In this document: piece after piece, positions 8,374 through 15,609 of the stretch
How positions within the stretch are numbered: the stretch's first letter is position 1
How the letters are laid out: each line of letters opens with the position of its first letter
Source of the DNA: a virus
Taxonomy: Duplodnaviria; Heunggongvirae; Uroviricota; Caudoviricetes
DNA: 21,036 nt
Strand: one strand, 5' to 3'
Virus record (IMG/VR): IMGVR_UViG_2563366928_000010
Position numbers and translations under genes: made by a program
Notes under the pieces: model-generated
Seen by the model: the letters and a program-made list of their open reading frames with translations, nothing else
Databases searched by the model: none
What the model was told of the DNA's origin: nothing

Positions 8374-9341
8374 TACGCAACCGCCTTTTTCTTATGGAAA
8401 ACCAGCTCTCGAACCTGATCACCGTTCATGAGCATATTGTTGAAATCATCGTGATCCGGCCAGTACACGCTCACGCGCTGCAGGTCATTCTTTGCCATCA
8501 GATTGGCATGAGCACATTCGCAAGCCGCAGCCAGCCCGGTGGCGCTGTTCTCGTCACGGTCGGCAAAAATAATCAGGTGCAGAACACCAGCTGGTACGCG
8601 AAACTTTTTCATAAAGCCGCTGTTAATGGTTGCCCAGGTGTTCACGTTATAAATCTGGTGCGCTGACAGCGCTGTTTCGATGCCTTCGGCGATACCCAGA
8701 GTGCTGGCGACAGGAAACATGCGGATAGCTACAGAACGAGCGTGATCCAAATAGTTATCTTCCTGCAGGGATTTGAGGCGCTTTGCACTGCTACCGATAT
8801 CTGCTTTTTTATCACCATCAAGCAGAGTCTGGTGCAGATAGCACAACTCCCCTTTATCGTCCGTAGCAAGTGAATAAAGAGACTGGAACACACTCCCGTT
8901 GTGTCTCTGCCTGGCATTGAACCGGATCGCCTCAGCAGGAAGACTGAATATTCCACGAGAATTAAGATACGCTGCGCCGGATGTACCACGCAGTGCCTCC
9001 AGTTTTGAAAACTTGCTCAATACCCGTTTGCGTAAGCTGGTGGCGCTGCTGGTTACCGGGATTTTAACCCGTTGGTAATCATTACCGATCAGGCGGTCTA
9101 TTTCGGTACAAATCTCGTTAAATGGCTTCGCCTGTGTCAGGGTGACAAGTTTCATACCATCGCCACTACCACATACACAGATCCACGTTCCTGCACCGTC
9201 GCGGTCGTCAATTCGGAACTTGCCACGTGCACCGCATACCGGGCATTCACCCTTGAAGTGATTTTTTCCGGTTATCGGCGGCAGACCGAAGTGCTCTAAT
9301 ATTTCAGGCCAGCGGCCTTTCGCTGCATCTGCTGTTTTCAT
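8373..9341 (-). CDS. Phage DNA primase (Zn-ribbon + Toprim)
   Basis: N-terminal CPVCGARGKFRIDD...GTWICVCG zinc ribbon; Toprim motifs GIAEGIETALS and IIFADRDENS (DxD). Confidence 0.8.
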   Translation of the reverse strand: MKTADAAKGRWPEILEHFGLPPITGKNHFKGECPVCGARGKFRIDDRDGAGTWICVCGSGDGMKLVTLTQAKPFNEICTEIDRLIGNDYQRVKIPVTSSATSLRKRVLSKFSKLEALRGTSGAAYLNSRGIFSLPAEAIRFNARQRHNGSVFQSLYSLATDDKGELCYLHQTLLDGDKKADIGSSAKRLKSLQEDNYLDHARSVAIRMFPVASTLGIAEGIETALSAHQIYNVNTWATINSGFMKKFRVPAGVLHLIIFADRDENSATGLAAACECAHANLMAKNDLQRVSVYWPDHDDFNNMLMNGDQVRELVFHKKKAVA

Positions 9342-9342
9342 C

Positions 9343-11001
9343 TTACTGACTCAGATTGTTTATATTTTTCTGGAGTTGGTGCTTTGCCTGCATGATGCGC
9401 CAGGCCTCACTGCCTGCCGGTATCTCACGTCGTTCATCACGTTCCTGAGATAAATCAATCGTTGTTTGTGCGTTTTCAGTGACCTTCTGAACCCGCTGGT
9501 GGCCTTTGGCAAACCGGATCAGTTTGTGTCTGATGTAGTTATTTACCTCAGGGGTAATTTCCATCGGAAAGTTACTCAGTCCGTCAGGCCACTCACCGAA
9601 CTTTTCCCGGAAAGTGTGAGCACACCATCCGTCACTGACTGGACGCCCCAGCGAAGCACGCTGGCGCTGATAAAATTTGATCTGACTCCACCAGGACTGT
9701 TTCTCTGCCTTCGTCGACTGATGCTGATTTTTACCCAGCTTATTAAGTTTGCGGCTAGTGTCAGTATCAACGTCTTCACCTCGCAGCGGCTTGTGTCCAC
9801 ATTTCGGGCAAACATAGACGCCTGCTGGCTTCATGTAGTGGCATTGAGGGCATTCATGTGGCAGTTTTTCGGCCCGTTCCTCAACTGCCCGGCGCGCGCT
9901 TTCCTCCATGCCGTCAGACTTACCGGGAAGCTCGTCGTACTCGATTGAATCCGGATAACCCAAACGGTGCACGGTGCCGCTGTGATCGAAGATAAGGCAG
10001 GACTCTTTACCCGGTGCGGTGCGCAGCCCACGCCCGAGCGCCTGCAACCAGCGAATTTCGCTTTTTGTTGGCCTGGCGTAGATGATGCAACGAACGTCAC
10101 TATCGAATCCGGCTACCAGAACGCCCACACTAACGATGATTTTCGTTGCACCGGTTTCAAAGCGGTGAATGATGGTCTGGCGCTCATCTACCGGAGTGTC
10201 TGCGGTCATTACCTCAGCGTTAACACCCGCCAGGTTAAACTGGATTGTCAGGTAATTGGCGTGGGCTACGTTGACGCAGAAAGCGATGGTAGGTAGATCC
10301 CGACCATTCTCCAGCCAGTTCTGTACAATGTCGCCCACCAGCGTAGAGCCGCACATGATTTCAGCCAGCTGTGTTTCGTTGTAATCGCGGCCGTACTCAA
10401 GCGAAGATGTGGTTTTAACACCTTTCAGATCCGGCTTAGTTGGCGCGTAAAATTCGTATTTACTCAGATCGCCACGCTGGATTAACTCGCCGATGGTGGT
10501 CGGTTTAATCAGTCGGTCATAGTATTTGCCCAGGAACGGGGAAAACGGAGTACCCGACAGGCCAATCACCTTTACGCCTTTGCCGCGCAGACGTTCGATA
10601 TCCTTCAGGATGCGTTTTTTACGCAGGTGCGCTTCGTCGATAATCAGCAGATCGATATTTTCAGGAAAAACACGACGAATAAGCGTATCAGCGCTGGCAA
10701 TCTGAATTTTCCGGTCCGGATCGTAGTTCGGGTGATCCGCCCAGATATAACCGATTTCATCTCCAGGTAAACCATACTGCACGAACCGATTAGCCGTCTG
10801 ACCAATCAGGATGGTGTACGGAACACAGAACAGAGCGCGCATACCACGGCTGACAAAACCAGCAACTATGAAGGCTGCCAGACCCGTTTTACCGCTACCT
10901 GTTGGCGAATACACCATGAAGGTGTCGTTTGCCTTCCAGTAACGGCGCAACATGTTTAACGCCCGTTCCTGTGCAAAATTCGGCGTGATCGTCAGCTGCA
11001 T
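9343..11001 (-). CDS. Phage SF2 DEAH-box replicative helicase with C-terminal Zn ribbons
   Basis: Strong SD GGGGAGG + ATG at 11001; Walker A SPTGSGKT, Walker B LLIIDEAH, SGTP motif; C-terminal CPQCHY...CPKCGH. Confidence 0.85.
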   Translation of the reverse strand: MQLTITPNFAQERALNMLRRYWKANDTFMVYSPTGSGKTGLAAFIVAGFVSRGMRALFCVPYTILIGQTANRFVQYGLPGDEIGYIWADHPNYDPDRKIQIASADTLIRRVFPENIDLLIIDEAHLRKKRILKDIERLRGKGVKVIGLSGTPFSPFLGKYYDRLIKPTTIGELIQRGDLSKYEFYAPTKPDLKGVKTTSSLEYGRDYNETQLAEIMCGSTLVGDIVQNWLENGRDLPTIAFCVNVAHANYLTIQFNLAGVNAEVMTADTPVDERQTIIHRFETGATKIIVSVGVLVAGFDSDVRCIIYARPTKSEIRWLQALGRGLRTAPGKESCLIFDHSGTVHRLGYPDSIEYDELPGKSDGMEESARRAVEERAEKLPHECPQCHYMKPAGVYVCPKCGHKPLRGEDVDTDTSRKLNKLGKNQHQSTKAEKQSWWSQIKFYQRQRASLGRPVSDGWCAHTFREKFGEWPDGLSNFPMEITPEVNNYIRHKLIRFAKGHQRVQKVTENAQTTIDLSQERDERREIPAGSEAWRIMQAKHQLQKNINNLSQ

Positions 11002-11594
11002 TGTGCTGCCTCCCCATGGTTCAGCGGGAGGCGCCTGAAATGGTGACCGCGATGAGACTTTGTTCTTCCAGCAATAACAGCATAAACACTACCGTGATCA
11101 AACCCGGCACTAATTAGCGCCTTTTTCCCGCAAAAGGTTTGCTCTTCCCTGGTCGCAATATTTGTGGCGACAATCAGGCCCTTAAATTGTTTGTTGTTCG
11201 CCCCCTGAGAATTATTCAGCCCGGTGTGAATAGAATGCTGAATGTTTTCGCTATGGCTAACCCACTCCAGATTGGATGCATGGTTATTCAGCTTGTTGCC
11301 GTCCTTATGGTTCACTTCAGGGTGGTTGTAAGGGTTGCTGCAAAAAGCCAGCGCTACCAGACGGTGTACGGCAAAAGTTTGGCGATTACGTTTGTAGCTC
11401 AGGTTAACGGTTTTATATCCATCCCGGCGCACTCTTCCCTTGAGGAACACGCCACGAATTTGGCGAATAAAAAATTCCGATTCAGCAATTCGATTAACCC
11501 CACGGATGCGTCCCGCCGAGCTAACGAGGTAAGCATCACCATACGGAGCAACAGGAACCGGAAGCCATTTTTCACCATCAAAACTGTTAACCAT
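10992..11594 (-). CDS. HNH homing-type endonuclease (NUMOD4-like N-terminus + HNH_3-like core)
   Basis: Internal ATG at 11594 with GAGGTGA SD; GEKWLPVP...YLVSSAGRIRG and HRLVALAFCSNPYNHPEVNHKDGNKLNNHASNLEW motifs; 10 nt overlap with helicase start. Confidence 0.75.
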   Translation of the reverse strand: MVNSFDGEKWLPVPVAPYGDAYLVSSAGRIRGVNRIAESEFFIRQIRGVFLKGRVRRDGYKTVNLSYKRNRQTFAVHRLVALAFCSNPYNHPEVNHKDGNKLNNHASNLEWVSHSENIQHSIHTGLNNSQGANNKQFKGLIVATNIATREEQTFCGKKALISAGFDHGSVYAVIAGRTKSHRGHHFRRLPLNHGEAAQCS

Positions 11595-11612
11595 AAAATC
11601 ACCTCTGAACAT

Positions 11613-11852
11613 TTACATCTGGACGTCTAGGCGTCCGCACATCTTCTGGTATTTCCCCTTTACAGAGATCTACCTAACCTATGTACCCGTCTTCTTGGAA
11701 AAGCCTGTTCCAGCGCTTCGCGCTAAAAGATCAACACCGCCCCCTTTCCCCCATAAACATTTAGGGGGTGGCAAACACATCCAGACATATAGACGTCTAA
11801 ATATTTTTACCATTTTCAATCAGCCACCGGACACCTTTAAGCCCGGTACCAA
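11613..11852. promoter_or_regulatory. Structured intergenic region with two GACGTC-centred palindromes and a C5/G5 hairpin; candidate promoter/operator or origin region
   Basis: GGACGTCTAGGCGTCC at 11621-11636 and TAGACGTCTA at 11790-11799 flank GCCCCCTTTCCCCC...GGGGGTGGC (11738-11771). Confidence 0.3.
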
Positions 11853-12146
11853 TCAGGAGCGCGATTGCGTTCCTGCCAGGGGCGGCTGAGTTGTATACCC
11901 CTGTAAAGCTCTGCCCTGATTTCTCACAAACAAGCGGAGCCTTGTGTTTGCTTCGTGCCTTGCTCTGTTCTCCTTGCGGAATGAAACAGGCTCAGCGTCA
12001 AAAGTGATTTCGTATACCTCCGCATATTTCAGGGCGACCTTCCGTCTCAGTGACGGAGGCAGCCCCTGTAACTGCTGCTGAATCCACTCTTCGTCTGCCT
12101 GGCAGTACCTAGATGGCATCTCTGTCTGAACGTAATTCTGGGACAT
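11853..12146 (-). CDS. Hypothetical early protein (97 aa) in the cII-equivalent position
   Basis: ATG at 12146 with strong SD GGAGAGGTGA 9 nt upstream; no family recognised. Confidence 0.5.
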   Translation of the reverse strand: MSQNYVQTEMPSRYCQADEEWIQQQLQGLPPSLRRKVALKYAEVYEITFDAEPVSFRKENRARHEANTRLRLFVRNQGRALQGYTTQPPLAGTQSRS

Positions 12147-12360
12147 ACAAGCCCTTCACCTCTCCCGTGCGCGCTAAGCTTGGATGTGTATATGGAATGT
12201 TCGGATCCAGATGGCAGAGAATGGCAACATCCTCCGGAACGCCCCGCGTTTTCCACTTTCCAACTCCCTGACTACCACGAGGCCTTCCTTTCTTTGGGAA
12301 CCTGCGGCCAATAGCGGCATTGGTCTTAAATTGAGTTTTTAATATTTCATAAAGGGTCAT
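12109..12360 (-). CDS. Hypothetical basic protein (83 aa) in the cro-equivalent position, divergent from the repressor
   Basis: ATG at 12360 with GAGG SD 7 nt upstream; basic (GRRFPKKGRPRGS); overlaps the next ORF by 38 nt in another frame; no clear HTH seen by eye. Confidence 0.4.
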   Translation of the reverse strand: MTLYEILKTQFKTNAAIGRRFPKKGRPRGSQGVGKWKTRGVPEDVAILCHLDPNIPYTHPSLARTGEVKGLYVPELRSDRDAI

Positions 12361-12471
12361 TCTTTAGCCTCACACCGGATACTCTGTTATCCAAGAATGT
12401 TAAACGCGAGAATCCAAAGTATCAAGAAATTCTGTTACTTTAGTATCAGCAGCCATGAAAGGAGAAGAAAA
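12361..12471. promoter_or_regulatory. Divergent promoter/operator region (OR-like) between cro-position gene and repressor
   Basis: Repeated (A/G)GTATC(A/C) motifs at 12377-12382 (inverted), 12418-12425, 12442-12449; candidate minus-strand promoter -35 TTGATA (complement of 12420-12425), 17 bp spacer, -10 TAACAT (complement of 12397-12402). Confidence 0.45.
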
Positions 12472-13128
12472 ATGAAATCTTTAGGTGAACGCCTCATCAA
12501 CGCACGACAAAAAGCTGGGTTAACGCAAGATGCGTTGGCTAAAAAAGCAGGGGTCACCAGAGTTGCAATCAGTAAAGCCGAGCAAGGCCTTACAAAAAGT
12601 TTCAACGGTGACACCCTTTTTAAAGTCGCAGCTGCACTGCAGTGTTCACCGCAGTGGCTTCAGAACGGAGATGAAAAAGATAAGCATTGGGAAAATAATG
12701 TTAAGAGCTGCCCACAGAGAGACACAGCACACTCTTACCCTGTAATTAACTGGGTTCAGGCAGGATTATTCGCAACTGCTGGTGATGACTACAACATGTA
12801 TGATCAGGATAATTGGAGGCATTCTGTAAAATACGCTGGTGAGAGGGGGTTCTGGCTGGAAGTGCACGGAGACTCAATGACTTCGCCCGTAGGAATAACA
12901 TTTCCTGAAGGAATGTCGATCCTTGTCAACCCAGATAAAGAAGTTTTTTCAGGGTGTTACGTCATCGCCAGAAAAAAATCTACCCATGAAGCAACATTCA
13001 AAAAATATATTTCTGAAATGGGAAAGGCGTTTCTAAAGCCCCTTAATCCACAATATCCAATCATAGAAATGGACAATGATTGCGAAATAGTAGGTGTTGT
13101 GGTTGATGCCAGGTGGGATATTTTCTGA
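12472..13128 (+). CDS. cI: CI-like prophage repressor (N-terminal HTH_XRE + C-terminal S24 LexA-like autopeptidase)
   Basis: AAAGGAG SD + ATG at 12472; HTH LGERLINARQKAGLTQDALAKKAGVTRVAISKAE; S24 catalytic motifs GDSM and downstream Lys (ATFKKY). Confidence 0.85.
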   Translation: MKSLGERLINARQKAGLTQDALAKKAGVTRVAISKAEQGLTKSFNGDTLFKVAAALQCSPQWLQNGDEKDKHWENNVKSCPQRDTAHSYPVINWVQAGLFATAGDDYNMYDQDNWRHSVKYAGERGFWLEVHGDSMTSPVGITFPEGMSILVNPDKEVFSGCYVIARKKSTHEATFKKYISEMGKAFLKPLNPQYPIIEMDNDCEIVGVVVDARWDIF

Positions 13129-13224
13129 TCAGACACAAAAAGAAACCAAAGTATCAAAAATCACTTGCCACACCTTGATACCTTAGTTACCATGAAACAA
13201 AGTTCGTAACTGAGGTATCATCTC
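13129..13224. promoter_or_regulatory. OL-like operator region downstream of repressor gene
   Basis: Same 12-mer CCAAAGTATCAA as in the OR region (13146-13157 vs 12414-12425), inverted copy TTGATACC 13175-13182, GGTATCAT 13214-13221. Confidence 0.45.
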
Positions 13225-13641
13225 ATGATCAATAAAGCTACAACTCTTGACTGTCTCGAAGAACTGAAAAACCTCGGCAGCCTCATTACACTAATAGCAA
13301 AAGCAACACCAGATGCTACGCTCTCTAGCGATATAGAGTCATGCGCAGGACTGGCATGGGATATGACAAATAGCATATCCAGAAAGCTATCGTCAGCAAT
13401 GCTTTTACAGAACAAAAATTCTGCAATCAACAACCGTCTTCGCACCCAACGCGAAGACTGCGGCTTAACAACAGCCGAACTCGCCAGACTGCTCGATCTC
13501 GATGAAGAAATTATCATCCAGTGGGAGAGCGGAGAGTACGAACCAACCATCAGCATGCTTATCCCTCTGGCTAATGTTCTTGGCTGTGATCCAATGTGGT
13601 TACTGACTGGTGCTTATAAACAAAATCAGGAGGAAGCATAA
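13225..13641 (+). CDS. HTH_XRE-domain protein (138 aa) with novel N-terminal half
   Basis: GAGGT SD 8 nt upstream; C-terminal RLRTQREDCGLTTAELARLLDLDEEIIIQWESGEYEPTISMLIPLANVLGCDPMWLLTG is a Cro/CI-type HTH. Confidence 0.7.
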   Translation: MINKATTLDCLEELKNLGSLITLIAKATPDATLSSDIESCAGLAWDMTNSISRKLSSAMLLQNKNSAINNRLRTQREDCGLTTAELARLLDLDEEIIIQWESGEYEPTISMLIPLANVLGCDPMWLLTGAYKQNQEEA

Positions 13642-13642
13642 G

Positions 13643-13834
13643 ATGAAAATGTTCAAAGGCCTCACCAACGAACCGGAAACAGCTTTTCATCACATTGCCG
13701 TACTGCTTGAAGCGGGGTTAATCATTTCGGCTTCCGGTGATGAAGAATGTGATGAACTTTCGGATGATATCTTTTTACTGGCACAACAATACGCCAGAAG
13801 CGCATGCGATGCATTTAAGGAGCAAAGAACATGA
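13643..13834 (+). CDS. Small acidic hypothetical protein (63 aa)
   Basis: ATG 2 nt after upstream stop with AGGAGGAAG SD; acidic patch SGDEECDELSDD. Confidence 0.55.
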   Translation: MKMFKGLTNEPETAFHHIAVLLEAGLIISASGDEECDELSDDIFLLAQQYARSACDAFKEQRT

Positions 13835-14022
13835 TAACTCCATTAAATATTCTTGAGGAAGTGGCAGCACAAATAAAAGAGAATACATCCATGCTTGAAT
13901 TTATATTTAAGAATTCGCCTGATTCAGGAGAGACAGACGATTATTTATGTTGCCTCATTCGCTCCATGAATAAAACCTGTGAAATGGCTTACGCGTATAT
14001 CGACACACTGCGCAACGAATAA
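13831..14022 (+). CDS. Small acidic hypothetical protein (63 aa)
   Basis: ATGA start/stop overlap with upstream gene, AAGGAG SD 7 nt upstream. Confidence 0.55.
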   Translation: MITPLNILEEVAAQIKENTSMLEFIFKNSPDSGETDDYLCCLIRSMNKTCEMAYAYIDTLRNE

Positions 14023-14206
14023 AGAAAACTCAATAAACAATCACCCATAAAAACATAACGGTCTCTGGTCGGGAATTTCCACAACCTGAAAATGGTGGTG
14101 ATGCATGAAAAACAGAAGTGCTTATAAAACCGCATTATTAATGGCTAATGCAGGATACTGGTCAGTTGCAATACTGTTTCTCAGGAAAGCATACGGGAAA
14201 TAACAA

Positions 14207-14566
14207 ATGACACATGAACCCATTAATACATATCGTCGCCGTATAGCTGTTGCGGCACTCCATCGAATAAAACGTAAAACAGGTGGTAATCTGCTTATTG
14301 TTGACCTTCCGGATGGGAACATTACGACCATAGAAATAACTGAACAGTTTATAAACCAGTTGCTGTTACGCTTCGAAGGTATTACCCGTGGTGAATTGGG
14401 CCGGGTGGAGGGTGAAACCGAAATCCACACTGCATACCAGAATGCTATCGGGATTAATCAACATACTGAATACCTGACTGAAACCGGAAAGTTAATTATA
14501 GACAACCTTTTTCAAGAGGTTATTGATTACGCGAAAGAAAAATATATCAGCGGAGGAATTAACTGA
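14207..14566 (+). CDS. Hypothetical protein (119 aa)
   Basis: ORF with coupled downstream gene; weak SD; no family recognised. Confidence 0.5.
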   Translation: MTHEPINTYRRRIAVAALHRIKRKTGGNLLIVDLPDGNITTIEITEQFINQLLLRFEGITRGELGRVEGETEIHTAYQNAIGINQHTEYLTETGKLIIDNLFQEVIDYAKEKYISGGIN

Positions 14567-14781
14567 TGGCTAATTTATCCCCTGTATCTGTTGTGCACGA
14601 AAAAGTGCAGATCGTTATGACAATTGAAAATGGCCAAGTCACAGGTGTCTGCAAAGTCCGCGATGGCGAGCTGATTGCCAGCATGGATACATTCATACGG
14701 CTGGCAGAAAGAGCGGGGTATCAGATAACAGCACCTGCTCAGGAGGAAACCGGTGGCATTAACAGCAACACGCATTCCTGA
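14566..14781 (+). CDS. Hypothetical protein (71 aa)
   Basis: ATGA overlap with upstream stop; GGAGGAA SD 7 nt upstream. Confidence 0.55.
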   Translation: MANLSPVSVVHEKVQIVMTIENGQVTGVCKVRDGELIASMDTFIRLAERAGYQITAPAQEETGGINSNTHS

Positions 14782-14967
14782 GCGGATCCACCGGCAGGCA
14801 TTGCAGGTCCTGTTGTTGTACCGATGCCGACGGATATTTCCGCATCGGATACAGCGCACCGGATATCTCAGTCTGAAGGTTAACCGTCGCTGGCGGCTGT
14901 TATCGAAAGACGACGGCCGGAACTGGGAAGTAATGAGTCATGAACGTTATTCGGGAGAAATAAAGAA

Positions 14968-15360
14968 ATGATCGACAACCGCACCGCCAGCGCCATTGAC
15001 CAGGCATTACAGAAACATGATACACCCGTCGGCCCGTTATTTTTTGTAACACGCCACGGAAGAACAAAAAAATGCCTCAGCCGAAAAACGGCAATTCGTT
15101 ACCTGGCATTCTTTATGACCACCCGCGCTTTTGAACGTTCAGGATTCCGACAACGCTATCCTGACAAGCGTTTTATCTTCAACAGGAATGAGATATGGAA
15201 ACGTGGAGAATCAACCACAGAGTATACCCGCGCACACCAGCGAACAATCAGACGACTGCGCAGACTCATCGCCAGGAAACAGTATACAGAAAAATGGTTC
15301 AGAAAATATGACACATGGAGCGCCGGATATTACGAACTGATGGCAACAAAACCATTCTGA
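14968..15360 (+). CDS. Hypothetical basic protein (130 aa)
   Basis: GGGAGA SD 9 nt upstream; Arg/Lys-rich C-terminal region (RTIRRLRRLIARKQYTEKWFRKY). Confidence 0.55.
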   Translation: MIDNRTASAIDQALQKHDTPVGPLFFVTRHGRTKKCLSRKTAIRYLAFFMTTRAFERSGFRQRYPDKRFIFNRNEIWKRGESTTEYTRAHQRTIRRLRRLIARKQYTEKWFRKYDTWSAGYYELMATKPF

Positions 15361-15420
15361 CGTAAACGAAATTAACCATGACGCAATTAAATAAGGCAAG
15401 CCGAATACATCAGGAGGACC

Positions 15421-15609
15421 ATGAACATTTATTTCAGAATAGTTATATCACTGGCAATTATCACATGTATTTACGGATTAATCGTTCCGGCCCTCATATC
15501 AATGAAGGATACGGTAGCAGTGATTTCTGGCTTTGCTCTGGCGTGTCTGACCCCGCCCTGCATTTATGCCATTTATAAGGGTCTTTCTTTTTCTAAGGAT
15601 AAAAGATGA
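15421..15609 (+). CDS. Small membrane protein with two predicted TM helices (62 aa)
   Basis: AGGAGG SD; hydrophobic segments RIVISLAIITCIYGLIVPALI and AVISGFALACLTPPCIYAIY; stop overlaps start of downstream SPFH gene (ATGA). Confidence 0.55.
   Translation: MNIYFRIVISLAIITCIYGLIVPALISMKDTVAVISGFALACLTPPCIYAIYKGLSFSKDKR

Noticed and set aside
14105-14203. Possible 32 aa ORF (MKNRSAYKTALLMANAGYWSVAILFLRKAYGK) in the gap before the 119 aa gene
   Set aside because: SD-like GGTGGTGA is too close to the ATG and nothing else supports it; noted but not called as a feature.
14122-14430. 102 aa minus-strand ORF, and the 94 aa ORF at 14575..14859
   Set aside because: Antisense to plus-strand genes within a plus-strand operon; Arg/Ser-rich translations typical of antisense frames.
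15378-15578. Alternative 66 aa ORF overlapping the 62 aa membrane-protein gene in another frame
   Set aside because: No SD, hydrophilic low-complexity product; the hydrophobic frame has a strong AGGAGG SD and ATGA coupling to the SPFH gene.
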